DNA of 60,777 nt, the filler included, from Stramenopiles sp. TOSAG23-2 (taxonomy: Eukaryota), in NCBI GenBank assembly GCA_900128395.1. It is 4 parts of 4 records of this genome, joined end to end, with 100 filler letters (N's around TTAATTAATTAA, not from the genome) between each part and the next. Parts side by side here need not be neighbours in the genome. Positions count along the whole stretch, not along the records: positions 15,239 to 30,368 come from LT649726.1; positions 30,469 to 45,581 come from LT649727.1; 2 more parts are not named here. One strand, 5' to 3'. Shown in pieces: positions 23,500 through 34,202 of this stretch. The number at the start of each line of letters is the position of its first letter. The first letter of the stretch is position 1. The notes beneath the pieces were generated by a model that had not been told where the DNA came from, did not search any database, and saw only the letters and a program-made list of their open reading frames with translations. Both the position numbers and the translations under genes were made by a program.

Positions 23500-25206
23500 T
23501 TGAAACTTCGGATTAAATATATTGTTGCCTTTTACTTTCATATAGTACTACCGTCAAGAACTTTATATTTATTATTTAAAGCTAATCCTTCTTCTATATA
23601 CATACATATATCCGAAAATTCAAAACAAATGCCTTTTATTAGAATAATCAAAATGATGCAGTTTCAACTAAAACTAATAATAATATTATTATCAATATGT
23701 AAATTAATAACAATAGTTCATGCAAAAGCACCAGGGCACCTACAACCTGTATTAGGATGGAACACATGGTGCACACAAAACCAATGTGGTAATGATTGGT
23801 GTACTGAAAAGGAAATAATTTCTGTTGGCAAATCAATGAAGGAAAATGGTTTATTGGATGCTGGATATGAATATCTTAATTTAGATGACTGCTGGGGTGT
23901 ACGTAATAACGAAACAAATCATATTGAAGCAGATGCAAAAAGATTTCCTTCAGGAATGAAATCGTTAGTATCAAAAATTCATAAATTAGGTTTTAAGCTG
24001 GGAATCTATACAGATATGGGAAGTAATGGCTGCCATCATCCATTTACAGGATCCTGGCCATTTTATTATCAAGATGCAATTGATTTTTCAAATTGGGGTA
24101 TTGACTATGTAAAATTTGATTATTGTGATCCACCGAAAGGATATTTACCAGAGCAATTGACGGCAAATATGTCAAATGCACTTAAAAATACAAATATATG
24201 GTTAAATTTTCATTGCAATTGGTTAACATTTGAGAATTCTAATTGTGGTATTTATGGGATGTCCTTCCGTATTGCGCCAGATCATATAGATGCATGGTAT
24301 TCTACAGTAAAAACAAGCCATGCATTAATGAGTCGGAAACCTTGGTGGGGAGATAATAATAATAATAATAATAACGGTGATAAAGGATTCCCAGATCCTG
24401 ATTTTGTATTTACAGGGGGACAAGGTTGTGGTGAACATGGCACAATCAACCCGCCAGGCATTCGATGTCCTGGACAAAGTGATGAGGAATATCGTACTGA
24501 ATTTGGAATTAATGTAATTGCATCAGGGCAAATTTTATTTGCAAGTGATCCTCGAAATATGTCTCAAATTCAAAAAGAAATATTATTAAATGGGGAAGTA
24601 TTATCCGTTTTCAAAGATACAAGTGGTTTAAGTAACGTATTACAAATTCATAAACAGAATTCTATTATTCCAACAAATCCAAATGATTGCAATGTTCAAT
24701 TAACTAAAAAATTAAGTCATGGTAGTGGCTGCGTTAAAGGGGTCGATTTTGGTTGCATTAATAATAATAATAATAATACATATGAAATTTGGGTTGCAAA
24801 TGGATGTCGCGCTATGTTTTCATGTTATGGTACAAAAAACGTTAATTGTGAATCTGGTGGTAATAGTTTTCCAAATCATAATAATATCACATGTAATTGT
24901 AATCCTCCATCTCCACAAATATGGATTCGAAGATTGAAAAATGTATCTCAAATTGCTGTTTTACTTGTTAATATTGCTGATGAAAGTAATGATATCACAA
25001 TACAATTCAAAGATATATTATCACAATATTATTATTATCCAAAAATGAAGAATAAACAATTATTATCCTCACCATCATTAATAACTGCGGATGTTAGAGA
25101 TCTATTCAAAAAAAAGGATTTGGGAAAATATCATTCTAATTACACTGCAATTCAAGTTGCACCACATGCATCAATATTTTTACGATTAGGTATTATATAT
25201 GATTGA
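23500..25206 (+). CDS. Secreted GH27 alpha-galactosidase (true start probably the downstream Met near 23652)
   Basis: PVLGWNTW, YLNLDDCW, RFPSGMK, WGIDYVKFDYC, FPDPD; C-terminal beta domain VRDLF. Confidence 0.92.
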   Translation: MKLRIKYIVAFYFHIVLPSRTLYLLFKANPSSIYIHISENSKQMPFIRIIKMMQFQLKLIIILLSICKLITIVHAKAPGHLQPVLGWNTWCTQNQCGNDWCTEKEIISVGKSMKENGLLDAGYEYLNLDDCWGVRNNETNHIEADAKRFPSGMKSLVSKIHKLGFKLGIYTDMGSNGCHHPFTGSWPFYYQDAIDFSNWGIDYVKFDYCDPPKGYLPEQLTANMSNALKNTNIWLNFHCNWLTFENSNCGIYGMSFRIAPDHIDAWYSTVKTSHALMSRKPWWGDNNNNNNNGDKGFPDPDFVFTGGQGCGEHGTINPPGIRCPGQSDEEYRTEFGINVIASGQILFASDPRNMSQIQKEILLNGEVLSVFKDTSGLSNVLQIHKQNSIIPTNPNDCNVQLTKKLSHGSGCVKGVDFGCINNNNNNTYEIWVANGCRAMFSCYGTKNVNCESGGNSFPNHNNITCNCNPPSPQIWIRRLKNVSQIAVLLVNIADESNDITIQFKDILSQYYYYPKMKNKQLLSSPSLITADVRDLFKKKDLGKYHSNYTAIQVAPHASIFLRLGIIYD

Positions 25207-25385
25207 TAGAGGGACGTACATAAAAATACTTTTATCAAATGGGAGTTTTTAAACACACACATCAAAATTTCACTGGTTCCCACACCTGCACACTCACACA
25301 TATTCGTATTTGCACACACTTCTCTTCTTACATCTCACAGTACTGTCATGTATATATATGCATAAATATATATATATGATAATTT

Positions 25386-26378
25386 TTATTGTTGATCAAA
25401 ATACATTGTTGTATCACTATTCTCTTTTACCACCGTTTTTTCATGGCACATTAATTTTTTTGCCGGTTTTGGATTGATTTTCCATAATGAACCTTTCAAA
25501 TTTAATAATTTATTGTCTTTGTAAATTTTATTTTCCGTAAATGCAACATAATTTGATGGATATGTATCGCATCCATCACAACCATAACATTCAACTGTGT
25601 TATATGCCCATGGCTGCGTTTTCAAACGATCATTTTGGCAAGTTTGAACAGTACTTTTACCAGTAGATTTAACAGTTCCAATTACTATCCATGAATTATC
25701 TCCAGTTCTTGTCATATTGCAAAAAATACTATCACCTGGTTCAATGTTATTAATTGCAGTACTAAAAATGGCACCCGCATTTACGGTTACGTACCATGAT
25801 TTCAATGACCATCCTTTACTAAAAAATCCATTGCCAGGATATTGTAATACTGGTTGAATAATATCAAAAAATTCCGGCTCTGGATCCACTTTTGGAATCC
25901 AATTGATATTTTGTAAACCTGGAAATAAAAACAATACTTGTGGTTTTGATTTTGGAATTTCTGGTACAGACATATAATTTGTAAATGCATCAAATGTATC
26001 TTGCACATTTAAATCTGTCGTATTTAATTCTGTATATTGTAACCAACCATCGTAATCTGGTGGCAATGGTGAGCCTTTTAGCTCTTTTTCGTCTTCCTCG
26101 TCAAATATCTTTTCATGATTTTTTGCAATTAATATAGGGTCATTATTATTACTTTTGCATTTTGGAATAATATATGAACCTTGATTATTTGCCAACATAA
26201 CAAGTGTAGATCCATTTTTCAATTCTTTCATTTTACTATATGTAGGTACTTCATACATACATTTTGATAAAACATAACCATATGGTGTTGGTGAATAATC
26301 CTTTTTGTTTGGTTTTGCTGTTGTCGTAGTTGTTGTGATTGCAATTGCAAAAAATAATATGATAATAAATTTAACCAT
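25386..26378 (-). CDS. Secreted protein, possible G1/neprosin-like glutamic peptidase fold
   Basis: Signal peptide; TPYG..KC prodomain-like part; LFLFPGLQN, IIQPVLQY, PGDSI and TVECYG motifs. Confidence 0.6.
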   Translation of the reverse strand: MVKFIIILFFAIAITTTTTTAKPNKKDYSPTPYGYVLSKCMYEVPTYSKMKELKNGSTLVMLANNQGSYIIPKCKSNNNDPILIAKNHEKIFDEEDEKELKGSPLPPDYDGWLQYTELNTTDLNVQDTFDAFTNYMSVPEIPKSKPQVLFLFPGLQNINWIPKVDPEPEFFDIIQPVLQYPGNGFFSKGWSLKSWYVTVNAGAIFSTAINNIEPGDSIFCNMTRTGDNSWIVIGTVKSTGKSTVQTCQNDRLKTQPWAYNTVECYGCDGCDTYPSNYVAFTENKIYKDNKLLNLKGSLWKINPKPAKKLMCHEKTVVKENSDTTMYFDQQ

Positions 26379-27182
26379 TGTTTTTTTCTTTAATTGTTTT
26401 TTCGTATTATATGTATATATATGTATATATATAATATTTATATCTGGAAAAGCTTATGACAAGTAGAAACTAATAATAATGTATATATAATACCACTATA
26501 ATGTTGTTGTTTTGTTTTTTTTGTCTGTAAATAAATTCAAAAAAAGCTAAATTACTTATATAATACTATCGATACTAGGTAATAATGAATATATATAATA
26601 AAAAAGATATTATATTATTAAAAAATTCGTCGTTGGAAGAAAGCAGCACGGCACCACACACGCGTATAGGAATAGGGTAATTTTCCATTTTGAAGAATTT
26701 TCTGTGAAACTGTTTTTGTCCATATTTTAATATACATAAGAATACCAGGTAAAGCATTCATCAAGCACGCATGACGAATTTTCCAATAATTTAATTTAAA
26801 ATATTACATATTTCCATTTTTTTTTTTTCCTTTGGAATACACTAATCAAAAGTCAATTCTATTATATTTATTTGCATAGACGACTTATATATTAAACAAG
26901 TATTTTCTAACTTTAAATCCATTATTTTTTTCCCTTTTTGATATAAAAATCTAAATCTATCAAATCGTTGTTCTATTTTCCTTAGGCATGCGATTTGCGA
27001 TTTGGCACTTTGCGAGTAGTATTATGTGTCTAACACTCGAAATTATTAATTACATTACAGAAATAGGCACACTTTTCTATATTTCATGCACGTTATATAT
27101 ATATGATTGATCAATACGCATTTGGAAGTTATCAATTGGTTTATTAATAGACAAAATACAAGAAACATTTTGAGAATATATA

Positions 27183-29157
27183 ATGGCTGATACAACGAAA
27201 AAAATGGAAAAAAATCAAACTGCTGCTGTGCCACAAACGCACCAATTTACGGAAGTAGAAAGTAAGTATATCTATATATATATATTATAAATTATTATTA
27301 TATGTAAATGATCAGCAAAAATAGAAAGGGGGGGAGTGACTATAAACGTCTTCATATATATATATATATATATCGCCCTTCTTCTTTTATTATCATCATC
27401 AAAGACATACAATAACTAACAAAATTACACTAAAAATAGAACAAAAGCGTTTTGAAGCAATTACAGCAAGAGATCCAGGTGCACGTGCACGTCCACAGTT
27501 TACTCCGGAAGTAATGAGGAAAATGCCTGATAAGTCCTATTTAGAGGACGGTTGGAACGTTGCAAACATTTTGCCAGGAAGGTTACAAGGTAAACTGGAT
27601 AATCCAGAATTTATCATCAATGAATTGAAAGAAGAATTGAAAGATGCAGCATGGGGTAGCAAACATTTACGTTGGATGAAAATTCAAGATGAAATTGCTG
27701 CAAAAGATCCTGAATTAGCAAAAGATAAGCGTGGTATTAATATTGTTGTACCAACGCTTATGTCTAGCGATGATGAAACTCCGTTTAAAACAAATATGGT
27801 GATTTTAAACAATGCAGAAGATTGTTTACGTATTGCAAAGAATCATGTTAAAAAAATGCCAAACTTCAGTTCGGTACTTTTTCAATCATTGATCTCAACT
27901 ACAGATAATGATCATTGGAAGAAACAACGTTCATTTATGAATGAAATTTTCTTACCAAAAATGTCATTGGCAAAAATTTTCCCAATCAGTTTAGAACGTG
28001 CAAAAGTATGTGCTGATCGATTGGATAAAATCCGTCTTAATCCAAAGAAACCTGAACATGGTGTACAAATGCATGAGTTTTACATGTACGAAGCGCAAGC
28101 TCAATTGCAATTGGCATTGTTCGGTATGGATAATGAATACATGGAGCGCTCCAACGCATCCATCCGTGATGCATTTAATGGTAACCCAAGACCAAATGAA
28201 GGTGTTGGTTTCTGGTGTTTTGATATGATGCAACAAGTTGGTAAAAACAGTGCATTCGCTGCTGTCTCCGATCCAGAAGTTTTATCTGGAGAGAAAGAAT
28301 TGTTTGGACCATTGTCTAAAAATGTAGATAATCTTGCAACTACAATGGATATGAATGTACGTGATCAATTTGGTAATATGTTTTTAATTTTATTTGCAGG
28401 GCATGATACAACAGGCCATACTATGACATTTTTAACATATGAATTAGCTAAACATCCGGAATACCAAAAACGTTTACATGATGAAGTAGATAAATTTTAT
28501 GAAATGTTAGGTGGTCGTGATATGACGTATGAAGATTTAGATCATTTGCCATTTTTAACTAGATGTGTCATGGAGACATTGCGTTTACATGCTGCTGTTG
28601 CCAATGGTACATTCCGTGAATTGCAATACGATGATTACGTGATTGGACCAGGCGGTAAACCAACATTGTTAAAGAAAGGTACATATGTACAAGTTGTCAA
28701 TCAACTTAGACAAAGAAATCCGACCTACTGGGGAGAAGATGCAAATGAATTTAATCCAGATCGTGATTTCAAAGATGATGAAATTTGGGGCGGTGAAACA
28801 TTTGCAGCATTCAATCCATCCTCTGCTAGATTTTCTCCATTTACATTTGCACCTCGTGATTGTTTAGGGAAAAATTTCGCACAAATGGAAATGAGAACCA
28901 TCTTAGCAAATGTTTTCCATAAATTTTCATTTGAAATGTCTGATGTGTACAAAAATTTCAATTGGAAAGAATATGGCCATGACATTGAAAATTTCCAAGG
29001 CACATTAGGACCAAGAGATATAACGCCAGAAGGTGTGAAAGCAACAGCAGAGCGTATGGCAGCACGAACGGGTGGACCAGCTGGATTAGCCGGTGGCGGT
29101 CCAGTAAATGGTTTGTATTTAAAGGTAGTACCAAGAAAACCAAGGGCATCTCTATAA
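27183..29157 (+). CDS. Cytochrome P450, two exons (27183-27261, 27440-29157)
   Basis: AGHDTT I-helix, ETLR, FNPDR, FSPFTFAPRDCLG heme Cys; the spliced frame is continuous. Confidence 0.92.
27262..27439 (+). other. Spliceosomal intron (178 nt)
   Basis: GTAAGT donor, TAACTAAC branch point at 27413-27420, TAG acceptor; phase compatible. Confidence 0.85.
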
Positions 29158-30368
29158 AACAAAGTTTTTTTTTTTTCCCCATTTTGGTGGATGATTATAT
29201 TATAAAAAAGAAATAGAATGTCTTTCACTTGTCGTTTGTTATCGCTAATAAATGTAAACTGTATTTGTTTTTTGTTCATATTTAATACAGTTGTTAAGAT
29301 TGGTGTTATATGAAAATTATGACATGAAGATGATTTTTTTGGATATATTGGTAAACATACACACGTTTTTTTTTAGTCGTTGCATTTTATATGCTATGTG
29401 TGGATGTTTGTCCTTTTGTGTATATATATATATATATATATTTATAATTTTGTAAAATAAAAAAAATTCGTTGATAGAGAGATATATATATATTTTTTTT
29501 AAAAGAAGAAATTTCATTTTTTATAGTACTAAAATAAATTTAATAGTTATTTTAAAAAATGGAGCGGATCTCCAAACACCGTCTGGCTAATCTTTAAAAT
29601 TTGTACTTAATTTTAATTTAGAATACTAGCAATATTTCAAAACTCCCTATGTAAATATCAAATCTCTGAAAAATGAGGAAAGTTTTAATTGAATTAAATG
29701 TGCTAAGAAATTTTCACAGAAAAAAAGAGGGCTCGCCCAGCTGGGCCAGCTCGGAGGGCTCCAAACATAAAAATTGTGCAATTGCTTGTTTGTGAAGAAT
29801 TTTAGCACGTGTTTATTATAGTAGATATGTGCTTTTCATGTTTGAATGGACATGCTGCATATACTTTACTGAAATACATATATATATACATGTATAAACA
29901 AACATAATATACATATTTACCCATCAGAAAATCATATATATATATATACTTTCTGGAGAAAAGCAAGAAAGTGTCCCAGCAACGTCTGAACCTCAAGCTA
30001 CACAAAGTACCAACCGTGGTGGTAGTAGTAGCAGCTCTGGTCAATCAAGTGGCCGTGCTGGTAGACCACGTACTGTAACAGGTGATTGATTTTTTTTTAT
30101 TTTCTTGTTCCATTCTTTTATGTTGTAGATACAATCCTTTTTCAAGGTAAAAAAGTTAATCAAAAGTTAAGTGTTTGTATCTGGTGTTAACTTGGTGCGT
30201 TAAATTATTTTCAGGTGGTAGCTAATGCTATTTCAATGCTATTATAAAAATACTTCGAAAGTCGAAAAACTATTATATTATAAATCGAATAAATATAAAA
30301 TATTTTTTCCTTTTTACACAAACTCCTCATCCCCATTACCATCATCATTATTATTCAATGTTTCCAAT

Positions 30369-30468
30369 NNNNNNNNNNNNNNNNNNNNNNNNNNNNNNNN
30401 NNNNNNNNNNNNTTAATTAATTAANNNNNNNNNNNNNNNNNNNNNNNNNNNNNNNNNNNNNNNNNNNN
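30369..30468. other. Artificial contig linker
   Basis: N44-TTAATTAATTAA-N44. Confidence 0.97.
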
Positions 30469-30872
30469 TATGTTCTTTGTCTCTCTCTTTATCTATCTAC
30501 GTTTATGTATATACTTATAGTATATATTATTTTTATGTGATGTGTACATTCATTTCGTGATGTAACATAGTCGATAAAATAATATGATGATTTCCAATAC
30601 TATTTCCATAGTAATTTACAGCTACCACCAGGATGGAGTATTTATAAAAAGTGCATGTCAAAAACAACAACTTAAAAAAAGACGTGGTGATTGATGATGA
30701 TGATGGAGCACAAACAAAAAAAGTTTGAATTTTATAATAATTATTAATAATAATAAATTGATAAGAGATAATAATAGAATAGAATCGTTAAGTCAAAGAA
30801 TATAATAATCAAACAAACAAACAAACAGATTGTTGAAAACAAAATTTACACATACGCTATCAAACAGAAAAT

Positions 30873-32455
30873 ATGATGATGATGAATAATGATAATTCGA
30901 CAATACCAACTACCACCACCACCACCACTATAAATGTTGATAACAATAATTCAAATAATAATAATGACTCTGCAATTTTGAATGATATTTTTGGTGATTC
31001 ATCTTCACAAGTTCAAAGTCCTACAGTAAGAGAAACTTTGCAAACTATCATGCAAGATGGAAAAATAGTAGCAGGGCGGCAAATGGTATTTACATACCAC
31101 GCAGAAGATTTCTATGCAACTGTACTAGCCGATGGCAACTTATTGTATAAAAATAAAGTGTTTACTTCACTCAGTGGTTTTGGTTCTTATTGTATTACTT
31201 TGTGGCAAGAAAGAAGAGGTGGATTAGAAGCACATACCAATAAAAAAAAACTGTGGATGGGTGGCTTGGTGTACGTTATATTAATGAAAACAATGAGAGA
31301 ATCATGATGGATAAATTACGACGTTTTCCGAAAAGTGGTGGTAACAGAGGTGGTCACAAACGAAGTAGTGCCTTGCCCAAGAAACCAGAGGAGTCTAAAT
31401 TTTATACAATTAGAAAAATAGGTGAATATTTACAAGAAGTCATAAATCATGATCCACGTACATTAGATGAATTGGCCGCTGCATTAAAGTTTGAATTGCC
31501 ATATGTAATAAAAGCAGTGCAATACATGGTAACTACGAAAAGAACACTAGGGTTCAATTTGAAGATATTAAATAAAGATAGCAAAAGGAATGCAACCGTT
31601 GAGGATTTGAATGATGAAAATGATGGTGGTAAAGTTTTATTACAATATGATTCGATGTATAAAAATATAAGAAGTAAAGAAGATATTTTAAATTTACTTA
31701 ATAACTCAGGAAACAATAGCAAAGAAGAAATTTTAGTGAATGATTTGAGTACATCATATTCAAAATGCAGGCAAGATGTTGCTTCCTTAATACGCAGTGG
31801 GCAAATAATCGGCTTACACGCGGAGAAGCAAAAAAATACTGTCTTGTCCCGGCCATTGCAATATTTTTCCCAATTACCAGGTAAAATATTTGTTCGCCGT
31901 GGTAGTCGCTTTGTTGAAACTACAATGGATTTAAGAGCTGATTTAAGACGTGGCGATTGTATACGAATTTGTAGCGAAGAAGATTTTGAAAAGAATACAG
32001 GCGTTTATAATGCTGAATATGAAAATAGTATCTATCGATTATCGCGAGCTTCCAAGACTACTAGTTATAATGCATCTAGCATGTCTTATCGTTTAAGTGC
32101 AACATGCCCAATAGAATATAAAAAAGGAATTTTGGAATTACCAAATTATCAATTTCCATTTAATGCATCTGTTTTAAGTTTAGATAGACCATATATTGGA
32201 AAACCATACAATAGTGGCAATGGAATTTCCATTTACAAAATGGGTGTCAGTAACGAAATTCGTCGTGCATGGGTTGATATGACTTCAAGTAATTGGCCAC
32301 AAGATGAACAAGCAATGATGGAAAAATTACAAGAAAAAGGTATTGTTACTGATATTTACAGCGATGAGCCTGTGAACAATAATAATACAAATAATAATCG
32401 TAAAAAGAGTAAAAAAAAAGATAGGCGACGAACACGAAAACGTAAGAAATATTGA
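30873..32455 (+). CDS. RAMA-domain / TFIIE beta-like fusion protein; split by a frameshift in A9 (31242-31250)
   Basis: RAMA-like TLQTIMQDGKIVAG..FTY..FYATVLADG.LLY..KVFTSLSGF...DGW..VRY spans the frameshift; TFIIE-beta-like YKNIRSKEDILNLL..ILVNDL..SY..CRQDVASLIRSGQII, EIRRAW..WP..L..KG and basic tail. Confidence 0.7.
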
Positions 32456-32684
32456 GAGAGAGTGTGTGTGTGTGTGTGTGTAAAAAAAGGTCGTTGCGCG
32501 ATTGAGACGCGCGTACGTATATCAGAGTGTAAAATTCACACTTTATAATATATATATTAAATAACTTTTCACCTTGCATGTATGCATCACCACATACACC
32601 TCTACGTATTTCTCTCTCGAATATCAATCTCCCCCTCAAATATAATTATTATTAAATAAAACACACACACATTTTCCTTTTTTT

Positions 32685-33563
32685 TCATATCTCATTCTCT
32701 TCTTTTTTTTTCTTTTTCATTTCATGATGTAATTTGATTATATTACTTCTAGAAATCAAACTTCTATATTGCTTCTTACTTAACGAGTTTTTATATTGAG
32801 GACGATATGCAGTTTTCTTCTTCTTTATTTTTTCGTTGTTATTATTGTTATTATTATTTTCAGTCGATGATGATTTAATTTTTACATTATAATTCAAAGC
32901 ATTGTGCAACAAAATTTCAATATTACATTCTGGGGGAAGAATTGCAGGCGGGATTGAAATTTTACCACATGAAATTGGATCAATATCACATTGTACACAA
33001 ACATAAAAATCTTTTAAATATTTATACAACCAATTCCAATATTCTTTTGAACGATATACTCTAAAAATCTTATATTCCGTAGTTGACGTATGATATGAAA
33101 AGAAATCACAGTAATCTTTTTCAGCGCACTCTAATTGGCCTTGTATTTGTGCTAGATAATGGGCAGGTATTTTGTCATGTATTTTATATAATGGACATTT
33201 GATTTCAAGCAATCCATTTTTATTTATAAGGCCGTCTGGTGAAGCACCTAACCATGAATACTTCGGGTGAATATAAAATCCTGTTTCCAATACATTTACA
33301 TTCATTATTCGTTCATATACTTTTCTTGCGATATCCTCATTCATTATACCATGATCTGTTGCCTTTGATGATGTATCAATATTTGAAAGATCAACTTTAC
33401 CTGTAAGTTTTTGCCAAAGGCTTCTTGGACTAACATACGGCGAAATACCAATTGCTTCACCAAATATTGAAGCAGTAATTCTATTTTGACGTAAGGCAAA
33501 CCATTCTTTCGTCCCTTGTTTCACGTCCTTAGACGATGATGATGACGATGTTAAGGATGTCAT
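32685..33563 (-). CDS. YqaJ-like (lambda exonuclease family) nuclease
   Basis: QGTKEWFALRQNRITAS, HGIMNE, WLGASPDGL, LLEIKCP, YLAQIQGQL. Confidence 0.92.
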   Translation of the reverse strand: MTSLTSSSSSSKDVKQGTKEWFALRQNRITASIFGEAIGISPYVSPRSLWQKLTGKVDLSNIDTSSKATDHGIMNEDIARKVYERIMNVNVLETGFYIHPKYSWLGASPDGLINKNGLLEIKCPLYKIHDKIPAHYLAQIQGQLECAEKDYCDFFSYHTSTTEYKIFRVYRSKEYWNWLYKYLKDFYVCVQCDIDPISCGKISIPPAILPPECNIEILLHNALNYNVKIKSSSTENNNNNNNNEKIKKKKTAYRPQYKNSLSKKQYRSLISRSNIIKLHHEMKKKKKEENEI

Positions 33564-34202
33564 TTTATTTTCTATTATTTTCTAAATCTATTATTTCAAT
33601 AATGCAATATATATGTCATATATATATATGTTCGGCTATGTACTATAATAATAATAATAAATAAAAAATGAAATACCTGTATGTTAGAAAGAGTCTGACG
33701 ACGCAGACTAGAGCTACCTGTATGTGTGCATATGTAATAATATAAAATGGATTATGGCACACCACAATGCTATTTACTTGGTAATGCGAGATGATGATGA
33801 TGTATTAGAATTAGACTGTGTTGTGTGTTGTGTTGTGTGAATTTGAAATTACAATACGTACAATTAAGGGGGTAGGCCTATGAATTGCAACCTCGGAATT
33901 TGTAATAAAATTTGATTTATTAAGGTAATGATAAAATAACATATACTTTAAATTGATCCTACTGTATATATATCTGGTATAATATGTCACAAAATATTAT
34001 TCAATATATTATTAAGATCCTTAAATTATTAGTTAACAATAAACATCATCAACTCCCCACAATAATTTGAAAGATTCGCAAGCAACTTTTTTCACATTGA
34101 AAGGTTGATTATTTTTATTTGATGATGGAGTAATGACAAGATTTCCATTGCTATATTTCACAACATGTTCTTCTTTTGTTATTACCGTCGATCCATCAGT
34201 AT

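Noticed and set aside
32685..33563. Prophage or endogenous giant virus region
   Set aside because: No capsid, packaging ATPase, polymerase or integrase nearby; neighbours are host-type genes
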